Shown piece after piece: positions 25,701-39,200 of a stretch of 64,000 bases of DNA. The stretch lies in assembly GCF_009914755.1 (NCBI RefSeq), contig NC_060930.1; one strand, written 5' to 3'. The first letter of the stretch is position 1, and each line of letters starts with the position of its first letter. Source of the DNA: the human T2T-CHM13v2.0 reference genome, Homo sapiens. Made by a program: the position numbers and the translations under genes. The notes under the pieces are model-generated. The model saw only the letters and a program-made list of their open reading frames with translations. It was not told the origin of the DNA and made no database searches.

Positions 25701-28569
25701 ACTGCCGAGAGGGGAGCAGTGATATTCTTAATAAACCTGCCCCATAGACAGACTTCTGTCACAAGAGAGAAATAGGAAGAATTTGCTTCTCTTTCCTTTC
25801 TCTGGTTAAAGGGCTGCTTGACTCTTAAGATCCTCATCTTGGCAATTTTCTACATAGAGTTTCCATTAAATGACAAGCTTGGACAACGGCTTCAAATAAT
25901 ATGACTTGAGGAACTTAGTTTAAGAAAGCATAATAACTGCCTGGATTGAAAAGTATTTAGGTGAAGAGAGATGTGAAATAATGATAGCTTTAGTTTACCA
26001 CATCAGATTTGGTGACAGCTTGTGTGTTCTCATGTGTTGATATTTGATATCAGCATGAAAGTGAGTGTGGGCTATTTTGTGCATGGCGCAGGGTCCACGT
26101 GGGAAGTGTGGGAGCTGCGGATGGGATGGGTGGGTGAACCATGTCGTATGAAAGAAATTGTACCCTGACTGACTTAATTATTTGCAAGGGTGGTTTAGAA
26201 AAGTCATTTCCTTCAATCATTCAGATCCAAAGTACTTATCTTGCAAACACCCACCCTCCCATTCATGAAAGCATGACTTCTCTTTCACTCAAAAGCCTAC
26301 CTGCTCCTGGCAAGAGAGGTGAAAAATCAGTGGCTTCTAGGCCTGTAGCAAATAGAAAAGCACCGGTTTTACCATTTACCCATCCATCAATGATTGTTTA
26401 TTTTTGCAACTGGCTTGATAGTAGCTAGAGAACATGCAGTTTAAACATCCACAAAACAAATGCTTTGAAATTTGATTTGAATATATAAGAGGATACCCTC
26501 ACTGCAAAAACAACCCTACATTCAATTAAAATGGAAAATCTACTGTCTGCTCACTTCAGCTAAAATCTAAGATCTTGTCCTCAAAATAAGGTAGATTCTG
26601 GCACACCCTCTTATGTTGGGGTTGCTTTCTTTGCCTTTCAACAATTAGTCAAAACTGCCAAGTGTTGAAAGGAGTTCCCATTCTCATGCCCCAGTGGAAA
26701 AGAAGCAAATTCCTACCCTCCTTTCTAACCTGAGCCAAGGTCTACCATCAGCCTTTGTGTTTCACTAAGTCACTTGTTTACACCTGGGGCATGAGGACTG
26801 GTAAATTCAGGCTGCTGTTTAGCCAGTACACACAAGTATAGCCATAGCCATAGTAGAATATCCTAACATTTTCCCATTGGCTGATAAATAGCTGTTCTCT
26901 GAGCCCCTTGGGCACCCCTCCCCACCCTCTCTTCTGACCACCTGGAGCACCCCCATGATATGGCAACTGAAGGGTCAACATGTGGCACAGCTGGGGCCTT
27001 CAGGGAAACTGGGTTGATTGTTCAACCCCCTTTCCCTCCCAGTTGTTAATTTGAATATCACTCCTGGCTTGCATTCATCATGCTGAAAATGACTGATTAC
27101 ACATCTACCTTCCTCACTATTTCATGCAAACTCTTAAATGTTATGGTGACATCAATAGTCCTTTACTACTCGGGTAAAGAAGGAGCCAGTAATTAGACAT
27201 TACACCTAGGAATTTGTCTCAGTCTATGCACTTAGCTTCTTTCCTCTTATTCAATGGGGGTTTGATCCCTAGGGACACAGGCATTTATTCAACAGTTTAG
27301 ACCAGTTAATTAAAACTTCAAGGCTTCTGTAAATACAATTCTTCCTCTGCAAGCGCCAGAACACTTGGTATGCAGGCATGGTAAGAGAAGTAAAAGCACA
27401 AAAAATAAAAAATGGAGGTGGCCCCATTCCTTTCTATGTTCAGGGGCTTTCCAAGCATGGGCCCAAACTGTGATGCATGAGGAGGGACCCAGGGCGGCCA
27501 TGACCTGGCTCATGTCACCTCAGCCACACTCCAATTGAACGCTCATGTCTTATTGAGGTATGGTTTCTTCAGGGGGCTTCCTAGCAGCTGAATTCTTCTC
27601 GTGAAAAACACAGGGGCTGCTGGGTGTATAGATTATTTTTTATTTCTTCAGAAAGAAGAAATAAAAAGAGCTCAAAAGTCCTGTTCTTTGCTGTTTTGTT
27701 TTTTAAGTTTGCACATTTGAATGAATATATAGTGTGTAAGACAAACTAAGTGATAAGAACATTTTCAAATGTTAAAATTTAAGTGCCTTCAAAGTTAAAT
27801 CAGTAAATAATGACAATATGCAAGTGGCCACTGCATATGAGCAGGGATTTATAGAATTCGAATTTCACATGAGCAGAGCAAAACTGGACTTAACTTTTTA
27901 AAAAGTCAACTTCAAACCAGAGGGAAAAGCTGTAGCAATCAGTGCGGTGTTTTTAAACCTGAGTAACTTAAGGGTCATTTCAAAGGAAGAAGTCCATTGG
28001 AGTCCCAGTCTTAATCTGAGATAATGCTACTTAGATATCTAAAGCAAAAATGAGACACAAACATTTCATGCTTTAAACTGTTATACAATTCCAAAGAAAT
28101 TTTCAAATGAAGTAAAAACAAAACTAAACATAAATGAAATTTAAAATAATAAATTATTTCTTTATATTATTTTAAAAATTAAAATGATTTATTATTTTAA
28201 AATAATAAATTATTATGTGATTTTAATATTGACAGATGAGGTTTTATTGAGAATAAATTGCCTCTTGCAATGGGAATATGGTGTTGCCTACTATGATATG
28301 CATTCTGTTCAGTTCAATATTTATCACTGTAGGCTTTTGGAGTGACTCAGTTCTCCCACCCATTTTCTCCATTTAAACTCCTGAAGATCCATCCTTGCAT
28401 AGCACATTGTTATAGCATTTGGACTTTACTTGGTGTAAGCACATCATTTATGTATCCGAACTTCTTCTTTTCTCTTTTAGCTCTGAAGTTCAAGTAGTGT
28501 TATTTGACAATGATTTGATTATAAATACTCAGGCAAACACAAACCCTGAAATCATATGGCATTTCTTGC

Positions 28570-28822
28570 TCATAATAAAAATGACTAATAGCTATAAGCT
28601 GCTTAATATAAGCCAGACACTGTTCCAAGTGCTTTATGTGTTTTAATCCATGTAACCCTCATTGCCGCCTCATTGCATTGGGGTGCAAATGAAGTCACTC
28701 CATATGCACATGAGAAAACTGAGGTACTGAGAATTTCCAAGGTCACAGAGCGAGTAAGGGGCAAAGCCAGGATGTAAACTTAGGCAGCCTGTTTCAGAAC
28801 CAAGCTCTTAACCACTGCGCTC
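28570..28822 (-). mobile_element. MIR SINE
   Basis: 'atgagaaaactgagg...ccaaggtcacag...caaagccaggat...ctcttaaccactgcgct'. Confidence 0.8.
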
Positions 28823-28951
28823 TACTTCGACAGGTAATTGTAATCCAGAATATGCTTACTTTTTTTATGAAATATAATAAAACTCAAAATTAAACATTCC
28901 CCTAGAACAGAGTTAGGGCCTCTTAGAAATCATCCGTCAACCCCAATTTGA

Positions 28952-29349
<398 letters not shown>

Positions 29350-29840
29350 TAATTTTATCCACAATGACCTCAGTTAACCATAAGGTATTTTCTAAGGCCA
29401 TAGAACTATATTAGATAATTGATATGAACCCTTGTTAGTAATCAAGATGATAAAAGATATGACACGTAGACACATTGAAATGTAAATATTTATACTGTCT
29501 TAACAAGCAAGGGTAATCAACTACAGATAAGGCAGGAGTCAGTGTCATTGCCTCTGATAGGAATCAGGATGAGGATGAGTATTCTGGGGTGAGTGGGGTA
29601 AGCTCTGAGAGACAGTAGGAGACTAGTGGTTGGCTGGAAACTTCAGAGGAAAGGCTGGGTGCAGAAACCCACCCAAGTTCCCCCTCCCTGGGAGTGGCCA
29701 CTGGCAGAAACTCCTGGAGACAATGATCAGAAGTTGTAACTAACCAGGACTTGAATGAAAGGTTTCAAGAAATCTGGGAGTAGCAGACTGGGAAGATTCA
29801 AGAAGCAGGCATAGAAAAACATCTGAGCCTTTTGCCCTTG

Positions 29841-29980
29841 ATATATATATATATATATATATATGAATACTTACTTCCTCCATTTACATATATAAAATTA
29901 TATATATATGAATACTTAGTTCCTCCATTTACATGTATAAAATTATATATATATATATATATGAAGATTTCCTCCATTTA
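29841..29980. repeat. ~45-bp tandem repeat with variable (TA)n
   Basis: (at)n-gaatactta(c/g)ttcctccatttacat(a/g)tataaaatt twice, plus a partial third copy. Confidence 0.9.
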
Positions 29981-30193
29981 GGTATTTGTTCAAGTTTCTT
30001 TCTCATTTGTCTACGTCTTCAACAGGTTCATCTTTATCATTGCTATTTACTTGTCTTAGATTGCAAATGAAGACAAAGTAGGGAGCACGTAGAGCTTACT
30101 CTATACATCACAGTACAGTAAAAGACATCTAAAGGGCTTTTGAATGATGAATTATTCAAATTTATTTACTTATTGTGCACTTCTATAAAATTC

Positions 30194-30479
30194 TTTTTTT
30201 TTCTTTGAGACGGAGTCTCGCTCTGTCACCCAGGCTGGAGCGCAGCGGTGCAATCTCGGCTCACTGTAACCTCCACCTCCCGGGTTCAAGCAATTCTCTT
30301 GCCTCAGCCTCCTGAGTAGCTGGGATTACAGGCTCGTCCCACCATGCCCAACTAATTTTTGCGTTTTTAGTAGAGACAGGGTTTCACCAGGCTGGTCTCG
30401 AACTCCTAAGCTCAGGTGATCCACCCGCCTCAGCCCCCCAGAGTGCTGGGATTACAGGCATGAGCCACTGCATCCAGCC
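30194..30479 (-). mobile_element. AluS(x-like)
   Basis: Full dimer with a short deletion at 'gtttcaccaggctgg'. Confidence 0.97.
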
Positions 30480-30615
30480 AAATATATAAAATTATTTGTG
30501 AGCTATGAATGGGTGGAAGTATGAGTAACCTAGGGTCTGACTGTTTGGAAATTTCACACAGTAAGATAATGAAGGGTACACATGAATGGAACAGATAGTA
30601 AGGCCTGCCACTGAA

Positions 30616-30679
30616 TAGTAGCAGTAGTAGCAGTAGTAGCAGTACTAGTAGTAGTAGTAGTAGTAGCAGCAGCAGTAGC
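30616..30679. repeat. (AGT/AGC)n trinucleotide repeat
   Basis: Directly visible. Confidence 0.95.
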
Positions 30680-30895
30680 TAGGCTCTTGGGTTGTGGGGT
30701 AGAGCCAATTCCAATCTCAGCTCTATGAACCACTGTTTGGGTGTTCTTGGGCAAGATAACCTCTTCTTATCTATAAATGGGGATGATGATGTTGATAGTA
30801 ATACCTGTATCATAAGGTTGTTATGAAGACTAAATGAGACGATACATGTACCATGTTTAGCATGTCTGCTATGTAGAATCTAGCTCATCAAATGT
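30680..30895 (+). mobile_element. MIR SINE
   Basis: 'cttgggcaagataacctc...atctataaatggggatgatg...aaggttgttatgaagactaaatgaga'. Confidence 0.8.
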
Positions 30896-31060
30896 GAACC
30901 TGCAGCTGCTGAGGCTCTGCTAACAATAACCGTGTCTGAACAAGGGTGCGCTTTCCAATTCGATTGTGCCAGACTCACTACAGGATGTAGAAGGTGAGGA
31001 GAGAAACCCCGCAAGAGACAACATTAATTTGGTAGTGCCTGGGGTCAGCGTGTGTGTGCA

Positions 31061-31080
31061 CCACTGCCCTCTACTGGAAG
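31061..31080 (-). promoter_or_regulatory. CTCF core motif
   Basis: Minus strand reads ttCCAGTAGAGGGCAGtg, matching CCASYAGRKGGCRS; in unique sequence. Confidence 0.55.
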
Positions 31081-32265
31081 CAGTTCCCACAGATTTCTAA
31101 GAAATAACCAAGTGATTTCAGCACTCCCTTGTTTCAACATCCTGTAGTCTCCTTTGCAGAGAGCTTCACAGCCCATCTGAGATAATCTCCCCCCCTTTTC
31201 TGATACTTAGAGGCAGAAAAAATCCTATTGTCTGCTAGCCTCAGCTTCTCACCTGCTTTTAACTAATATGCAGTCTGGACAGGTATTGATTTTTCTGCTT
31301 TTCTCTGATTGCACTCATCAGTCATTTTATATTACTGGAGAGTCCATTAGCAATAAAAATAAAGGATGGATGTTACAAAGCCCATTAGAGAAACTTGCTC
31401 TCTGGATCTTTGGGACCAGGAAAACAATTAAAAGCACGTCATCTTATAAACATTCTAATAGAATTATTAGAAGGGTGAATAAACCCAGGATGTGATTACC
31501 AAGGGATGAAATGAAATCCTCCTTACTAGTCAATTAGAAGGGATTGCCCCGATGTTCCATAACACTGTAGTATGTAGGTGAGATGAAAAGATTAAATACT
31601 AGAATAAAGGACCATTACACAACAGAGATTCAGCTGTAGGCTCCCGCATAAGTGAATTTCAGGGCTATGATGAAGAATCTGAGATGAGAGAAAGGAAGTG
31701 TTTAAATATAAAAGAAAGAAGTGACTATCCAATTCTGACTTGGAAATGTAGGTAAGTTGATGAAACAAAGCCATCACTTCACTAGGTTGGGTCTAACTTG
31801 CTTCCCTTGTGCAGACGGTCACGGAAATTCTTCATGAGAAACGGAGAATAAAGCAGGACCAGACTCCAAGACTCTGATGCTTGTTGCCTGGAGAATGTTA
31901 CTGATGCTGCTGCAGGTCCTCATGCTTCCTGGGTTGGCATGAGCTATGGATGTGAGTGACTAGCATCATTCTTAGCACAGGTTGGTACTCAAATATGTTA
32001 GTTCTCTTTCTCCTTTCCCCACTGGTGGGAGGGTGCATAGAATCAATGATTTTGAGAAGCCCATATTTCCAGTGACTATTATGCTGCATTTAACTTAATT
32101 TCCTTTTATTTTCATTAGCTTCTAAGTGTAAACAGTTTTCACATTAAGGGCTATTTGGACGTTTATTCTCTTTAGATGATCACTGAGTATATGTTAAGTT
32201 GGTTGAGGCTCTTTGGTCCAGAAAGCAGTAGATACTTGCAAAAAAATCATGTTATAGGTGGCAAA

Positions 32266-32472
32266 TTTTTTTTCAACTTTTATTTTGGGTTCAGGGGGTA
32301 TACGTGCAGGTTTTTTACTGGGTAAATTGTGTGTTTCTGAGGTTTGATGTACGAATGATCCCATCACCCATGTAGTGAGTATAGTACCTGATATGTTGTT
32401 TTTCAACCGGGGTCTCCCTCCCTACCTCCCACCTCTGGTAGTCCTGAGTGTCCAGTGTTCCCATTTTTATGT
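32266..32472 (-). mobile_element. 5'-truncated L1PA/PB 3' end with 17-bp TSD
   Basis: 'tttcaacttttattttgggttcagggggtatacgtgcagg...gatcccatcaccca'; TSD tataggtggcaaatttt (32253) / tataggaggcaaatttt (32472). Confidence 0.92.
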
Positions 32473-32569
32473 ATAGGAGGCAAATTTTATGGTTTTTTTT
32501 CTCTCATCATAACAAGACATCAAGTTGTTTGGCATTGTACTAGGTTTTTCTACTGATTATAAAGTTGCT

Positions 32570-33082
32570 ACACTGTGTTCTTTTCTCTAGATTGTAATTT
32601 ATTATCTGTAAGTAGTATAACAGTAAATACTGAGAATAATTTTTAAAATTAACAATTCCACCTCTCTTATATATGAAGTATTTACATTTTCCATGTTCTT
32701 CCAATCTTTATCCATGTGGATGTTTACTCTTTATGTAGATTCTTGCATTTTTTAATTTGATGTTATTTTACATGCATTTTAATGTTACTTCATGGTAGCC
32801 ATAATTACAATTTTAATGGTTGCAAAATATTTCATTAGATATATGTCTTAATTTACTTAGTAAATTATCTATAGAGGCATTAAAAGTTTTTACCATCAAG
32901 TTTTTAAAAACCACTATAAATAATGTCATCATGGTTATAAAAACAGATCTCTTTCTCCACTTAAATCTCAGTATTTCCTCTGAATAAATTTCCAGGAGTT
33001 GGATTATGATTCCTGATGTGCATGGCTAATTGTTTTCCCAAAAGATTGTGTTATTTTGCTCTGCCAAGAGCAGTGGATGAGA
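32570..33082 (-). mobile_element. Highly diverged L1ME-like fragment
   Basis: 'ttttaatggttgcaaaatatttcatt...gaataaatttccaggagttggattat...aattgttttcccaaaag...agcagtggatgaga'. Confidence 0.6.
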
Positions 33083-33780
33083 CTTCTCTTGCTTATCCTC
33101 TCAACAGCATTTGATACTGCTGACCATGCCTGCCTTCTACAAATACTCTCTTCCCCAGGGCTCCCTAGGTGCCTTTCTATTCTAGTTTTTCATCTACCTC
33201 TCTGGCTATTCTTCTTTGATCTTCTTTGTCATCCCCTCTGCCTCTATCTTTTTCTTCAATGTTTGTGTCCATCAGGGCTCAGGCCTGGGCTGTTTTTAAG
33301 GCTTCCCTTTGGAATATCTCATTCCCTCTACAGTGGGTTTAATTACTGTATCACTGGTCATGTGATATCCTCTGCACATCAGACATATATCTCCAAATGC
33401 TAAGTGGGCATGCTGGTCTCCCTGTCTCCAGTCTTGTTCCCTCAAAACCATTCTTCATAATCCAGGCACAGTGATCTCCCAACACATAAGTTGGAGCATA
33501 AAATTGAGATTCCGAGACAAGAATCCCAAGACCCTTTATGGGATCTGCCTGTCCCTCTTGCTGCTCTGTGTCCCACTCCACTCTCCTGCCCTTTCCTTGT
33601 GTGTGCCATGACTTCATCTTACCTGTCTTCCTATTCACACTCTTCTTCCAGCTCTTTGTCTGACTGACTCCTACTCATCCTTCAGGTCTCAGAGAGGCCT
33701 TTCCCGAGCACTAGGCAACTTAGCTTTCCCTGTTAATGCTCTCCAGGTCCCTTATCCAATTATACCATTTGCTACACTTG
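33083..33780 (+). mobile_element. L2 LINE body
   Basis: 'cctctcaacagcatttgatactgctgaccat...gactcctactcatccttcaggtctcagagaggcctttccc'. Confidence 0.8.
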
Positions 33781-34862
33781 AGGCCTGTTCCTGGGTGCAT
33801 CAATTTCCCAGCACCTCTGGCTTCCCTGTGCATAGGCCAAGCATTATCCTAAGTCCAGCTGAAGTACTTAGCAGCAGGTGTTTGCAGAGGCTGTGGTTGT
33901 GCACAGAAGCAGTGAGCGCTGAGGGCATATGGACAAGGCACTGATAGCCTCTGCTGCAGTCTACTCCTTCCACTGCCTAAATGCACTCATGTGCCCTGTT
34001 AGATTCACGCTGACCCATCCCTGATTCTGCAAGAAGGTGATGGTGGCTCACCCCACTCTCACTTAGTTTTCCTCTCAGTTTCTTAAAAGGAAAACTTTAC
34101 AGGAGGGGTGCTTGTGGGCTGGTGGCACAAGCTGCCATCCTTGATGTTGCCCTGAGGCCATGGCTAATATTCATCTTCGCAGAAGGCAGCTTTCTGGTCT
34201 AGGTTGCTTGCCTGGTGGAATAACCCTGAAATTTACCTCTGAGGATCTGAACTTCTGGTGGCCATGTTTTTGTCAGGCTCCGATTGCCTCTGGTGATTGT
34301 GCCTAAAGTTTCAGGAATAGGAAGCATGAATTCCCTAACTCAGTCAGTGGAAGTAATGATGAAATGACCCACTCTTCCCATCTGTTCAAAGTATCTAAAG
34401 TATACTGTGTATCTGGAAAGATGACTGGGCCTTTTTGGGGGTTTTTGGATACTCTCAAGCTGGCAGCCTCCAGCTTGTGCAGCATATAAAAAGTACAATG
34501 GGTCCTGCAGGTATAGCCACTGTTGCACTCCCTTGCCATAGAGTGGGTCCCTGGGTCTGAAGCAATGTTATGAGTGATGTGAACAAGTCAGAAGCTCTGA
34601 GAGCACTCAGATGGTGGGCCTGGCCCAGGCATGGTGGGCAGGGGAGGTAAAATCCAGGCCCAGAACGTATATCAATCTTAATAAGGACAAATTACTGCCC
34701 CAGCTCTTGTCCTAGGTGGACGGGATCTGATATAATCAACTTGCACCAAGTGTTTGTTTGGTCTCCTCCAGGCATGGTATCTTATCCAGCCCTGGGGTTT
34801 GTTTCTGCTGCTGAGAGATCAGACAGCAACAGCAGTAGCAGCTGGATCAACCTCAGCGTTTG
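33781..34862 (-). mobile_element. ERV-L remnant: integrase, PPT and start of 3' LTR (LTR16/ERV3-16A3-like)
   Basis: Minus strand gives QVDYI (~34728-34742), GQ*FVLIKIDIRSGPGF, HNIASDPGTH (34541-34572) and LHKLEAASL, matching the ERV-L integrase core; PPT 'ggaaggagtagac' then TG at 33958. Confidence 0.85.
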
Positions 34863-35299
34863 ATCTTTCCTCCTCCCTCCTGCTAATTGCTCTGTCTACC
34901 TGATTTTAGATACCTGACCCTAAACAGGCAGAGACATATTTGTTAATGAGACGTTGCTAATGATCTTTTCGCTCAAACTAGGTGCTCTTATCTCCTGCTG
35001 TTTCTTCAAAGAGTAATTTTCCCAGATGTGTTTGTGATCCAAGCTCAACAGATCACATTGTACTTCAAATAGGCAGCAACAGAAAACTTGGATCAAAGTA
35101 AAACTAAAACTACAACTTTGGAAGGAAGAGGTGGGAGATTCTGCTCTGGAAGAATCAGCTGACAGGAGCCTAGGAAGGAGAGGAAGCTGACCCAGGGACC
35201 TAATTCTATTTAGTTACTAATCTGCTGTAAGCAATTACATTTGAAGATCCAATTTTGCAAAAGATCAATGAGAACCTCTGGATTTCTCTCTTGTAGTAG

Positions 35300-35440
35300 T
35301 TGTGTAATGATCTGAAGCTCATAAGCCCAGGGACATATCTTATTTTCCCCCATATTCCCAATGCCTGAGCCAGTGCCCTGCTCAAAGTCCCGAATAAATA
35401 TGTATTTGTTGAGTGGACAAATAAACAAACAAATGGATGA
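35300..35440 (+). mobile_element. L2 3' end
   Basis: 'aagctc...cagggac...tcccaatgcctgagccagtgcc...aataaatatgtatttgttgagtg'. Confidence 0.7.
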
Positions 35441-36389
35441 AGTCTCGTAGATAGAGGGTGCTTTGTAGGAAATCATTTGAGTAGCAAGATTCTCCAACCC
35501 ACGTAACACAGGACCTGATTTGCAGAACTTTGTTTAGACATAGCATTTCAAGAGCACGTTTTCTGAACCATAAAGGAAAGTAGGGTTCTAGATGAATAAT
35601 GCCTTTTCACAGTGTCTGAGTCACCTCACACCCCTCACCCTCATCTGATAACGGCCCTTGGCAGATCTGCCCTTTTGCAGGGGATTCCCCAAGGCTCTCA
35701 CCTCTTGCCTGCCCCTGTGTGTGTGACTGCAGCAGGCACAGGGTTGCCAGGCACCAGAATATAAGCACAGAGCTGGAGGAAATGGGAGGAATGATAGGGC
35801 AAGTTTATGGCAGTGAAACTTCCTGACAGTATGCATTTATGGGAATATCATACACATTTCACCTTATGATGGTATTTTTTATGCTGACAGGAAGATAAAG
35901 CTGGGCAACAACGGAAAAGTTGACTACCAAGGTAGTGTTGAAAAGGAAAGAGTTTGTTTCAATGAGACATTCTCATTATAGATGTTGGCTTAGTCCAAGC
36001 TTCTGCCTCCTCTCCCATCACAGAGGTTCTCTTCTTCTAATATATTGTGGAGGAGGGGGGTTTGTATCAGTGCAAACTGTACTGCCTCTCTCATGCTCTT
36101 GCTTCTACAAACACCCCTCTCCAAACAAGGACACCACAAGGGCGTGACAAGCGGTGCTCATCACAGCCTCTAAGCTTCAACATAACAGGATTGTCTTTCT
36201 CTTCAGTTAGATAGGGACATTTAGATAGAGCTTTGTCCCTCAACAATCTATTGTAGAGAGCAAAAGCAGTAGAGGCCCAACAGAAGTTCATTTTGGAACT
36301 TGCTAAATTAAAAGTAAATAACACTCAGCATATTAAATGCCCTCTAAAAATACGTGAAAGTACTCAAAGGCCTTGGCATCCGGGAAGTT

Positions 36390-36510
36390 CCCTGCAGGAT
36401 GTCCACCTGCACTCCAGTGCTAGCTCTGGGAAGCTGTATGAGCCTGGTAAGTCTTGTGCCTTCCTGGGCCTTGGTCTCCTCCTCTGTTAAATATGTGATT
36501 TGGACCTTCC
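36390..36510 (+). mobile_element. MIR fragment
   Basis: 'agctgtatgagcctggtaagtc...ctgggccttggtctcctcctctgttaaat'. Confidence 0.55.
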
Positions 36511-37419
36511 TTCTTTCCTTCCTGCCTTCCTGCCTTCCTACCTTCCTTCTTTCTCTCCTCTCTAGCTCTCAGTATAGAAACCCTTTCTTTAGATGCGATC
36601 TCTTAAGAAAGGAAAACTAATATATATAAGAATATTAAGCATGAACCTTCTCTGGTTAAGCGAAGCAGGAGAGAGGTCAGAAGTATATGTTTCCAGAAGC
36701 CCCTGAACCTCAGGAACCTCTAGGCTCCAGTTGGAAAAGCCCTGTAGCTGTGTTATTTCATGATCTGCAAACTCTCTACGAGAGCTGCTTTCCTAGTCTT
36801 ACCAGCCAAAGAAGACGTAGACTTTTCTAGCAAGGAGGACAAAGAGTTCGGGAATATCCATTTCAGTCAGTTTTCAAAACAATCTTGTATCATTATGAGA
36901 AACACAAACTTGGGTCTGAATCCCTATCCTTTAAAGGACTCCTACAGACTTGGCTTGGGGTTCCTAACTGCAGGGAAAATAAATCCTCAATCATTTACCT
37001 TCATGACATAGGAGACCCAATGATCAACAGTATTTCTCTGTATAATCTTCTTTCTGACAAGCTCTCCAAACAAAAGAAAAGAGAAAGAGAAATGGCCATA
37101 GGAGGGAAGACTTTCTTCTAGGGCATTTGAGAAGATTGTCAGACCCAGATGCGAGGCACCACCTTTCCACCTTATGCCTCATTAATGGAAATAACGCAAA
37201 AGCCCAGATCTAAGGCAGAGCTTCCCACCTATGAACCTGCATCTCAATCTTCACCTTCCAGGAACCAGACAGTGTCTTCTAGGCTGATTACTTCCAGTTT
37301 ATCTCATTATGATGTCCACATATTATAGCTCCCCTCTCCCTTGTGATGAGCATGGAAAATATCAGTGACTCCAAATCCCAATTCTTTCACCTTAGAAAAC
37401 AAATCTGAGAATCCCTCTA

Positions 37420-37495
37420 CCACCAAGCACAGTACCTGGATACAACAGGCACTCATTAAATGTTTGCTTAGCCAATGCAAGGATAAATGAATGAA
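37420..37495 (+). mobile_element. L2 3' end
   Basis: 'agcacagtacctggatacaacaggcactcattaaatgtttg...aatgaatgaa'. Confidence 0.7.
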
Positions 37496-38905
37496 ATTCC
37501 TCATCCCTGTATTCATTTCTGAAGACCTGCTGGTGAAAATTTAGCTCTAAACATCTTTCAGATTTATTCCACTGAGGTATGAAAAAGGGAAAATAAATGA
37601 CGATGCAAGTGAAGTCAGGAGCTGGCACAGAAAGTGCAATTGGATTCTGCTTCCCCCGTAATTAAGTGTGCCCAATGCTGCTGACTTAGGCGATGACAGC
37701 GTGCAGCTTGCCTGCCCACCATGGGTGCGTGGGAGGACGGGCAGCCCTCAGGATACCGCTGCACAACACGCTTGCCACCTTATCAAGATTTCCACAGCCA
37801 CAGGAAGATTTCTCAGCCCGCCATGCCCCTGCGGACTGCCCTGTGCTATCATCCCCCTTCCTGGCTGAAGACACGCTGGCTGTCACCTCTTCTCCTCCCC
37901 GGAGATGAGCATCTTTCCTGGGCCTGCCTTGGTGTTTTGACAGCCACTCCATGTCCCCGCTGCTCAGAGAGGGAAAGCCACTAGGGAGGCCCTCGATGGA
38001 AATATTACCCCCTGTCCAGGGTAGCATGGGCTTGATCGCGCCTGATTATTTCTGATCACTGTCACTGGGCCAAGAGCACAGTGAAGTCAAGAAAGAAATG
38101 GCTTCATTAGTGTGAGTGCAGAGGTCTGGGAAGGCAGCAGTGGCGTGGAGGACCTGCTTTTGTGAGGGCAGTGAAGAGAGAGGAAGGAGTGGTGTCTTTA
38201 GATTGAGGTATCTTGAGATTCCTGCTTTCTCCACTCACTTCAACTGCCCATATAGGTTCTGCAGGTTCCAGAAGGTTCTAGAACTTGCACAGGATCGAAC
38301 CTATAGCTTCTTATGGAACAAACACAGAATCAAGAAAATCTGGTGGCAGTCACCTGGTTTAACTCCTTTGAGCTCTAGACCAGAAATTAAATAGTGCTTA
38401 ATCTGTTACTTTAAAGAAGCCTAGTTCTAACTTTTCCTCAGCTTGCTCCCTCTTTTGACTAGGATCGGAAGGGTGGGTGCAAATGGCCAGCTCCCCGTAG
38501 GTTTGCCTCTTTGAGCCCTAAGTTTCCCACCACTTCTCTGCACTACAGGCTTTGCCCAGGGTGGGATCCTCAGCCCAGGAACCTTGTTTGTCCTCCTCTT
38601 GATGCGGGTGCCTGCTGCCCAGCCACACACCCTCAGATTCATTTTTAAAGAAACATCAACAGCTGTTACATAGCAAATGAGCCGTTCAAAGAGCTGGGAT
38701 GACTTTGAAAAAGGGCTTGAGGACAGCAGTTGACCTCTGATCGTCTCCACTCAGATGCCCTCTCCCTCCTACCCTTTCTCCCCGTCCCTGTCCTCTGCTC
38801 TCCCAGCGAGCCTGTCTGCTCTTCAACCCTCCTCCCTGCCCGATTGTGCTGTCTCTTCAACACCTCCCATGTTGCTTGATTCCTAAAATAACATAGGGGA
38901 AAACA

Positions 38906-39200
38906 TTTGTTTGTTTGTTTTGAGACGGAGTCTCCCTCTGTCACCCGGCTGGAGTGCAGTGGCACAATCTAGGCTCACTGCAATCTCCGTCTCCTGGGTT
39001 CAAGCGATTCTCCTGCCTCAGCCTCCTGAGTAGCTGGGACTACAGGCACATGTCAGCATGCCTGGCTAATTTTTGTATTTTTGGTAGAGATGGGGTTTCA
39101 CCATGTTGGCCAGGATGGTCTTGATCTCTTGACCTCGTGATCCACCCGCCTCGGCCTCCCAAAGTCCTGGGATTACAGACGTGAGCCATCGCGCCCAGCT
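38906..39200 (-). mobile_element. AluSc-like with TSD gaaaa(c/t)attt
   Basis: 'caggatggtcttgatctcttgacctcgtgatcc'; (TTTG)n tail. Confidence 0.95.

Noticed and set aside
30554-30754. Poly-Thr/Ala ORF
   Set aside because: MIR-derived frame running into an (AGT/AGC)n repeat.
37977-37992. CTCF-like ccactagggaggc (also 20585-20600)
   Set aside because: An extra base disrupts the core spacing.
37668-38027. Four overlapping ORFs in a GC-rich block as a coding exon
   Set aside because: Open frames are expected at this GC content; no recognisable protein motif or convincing donor/acceptor pair.
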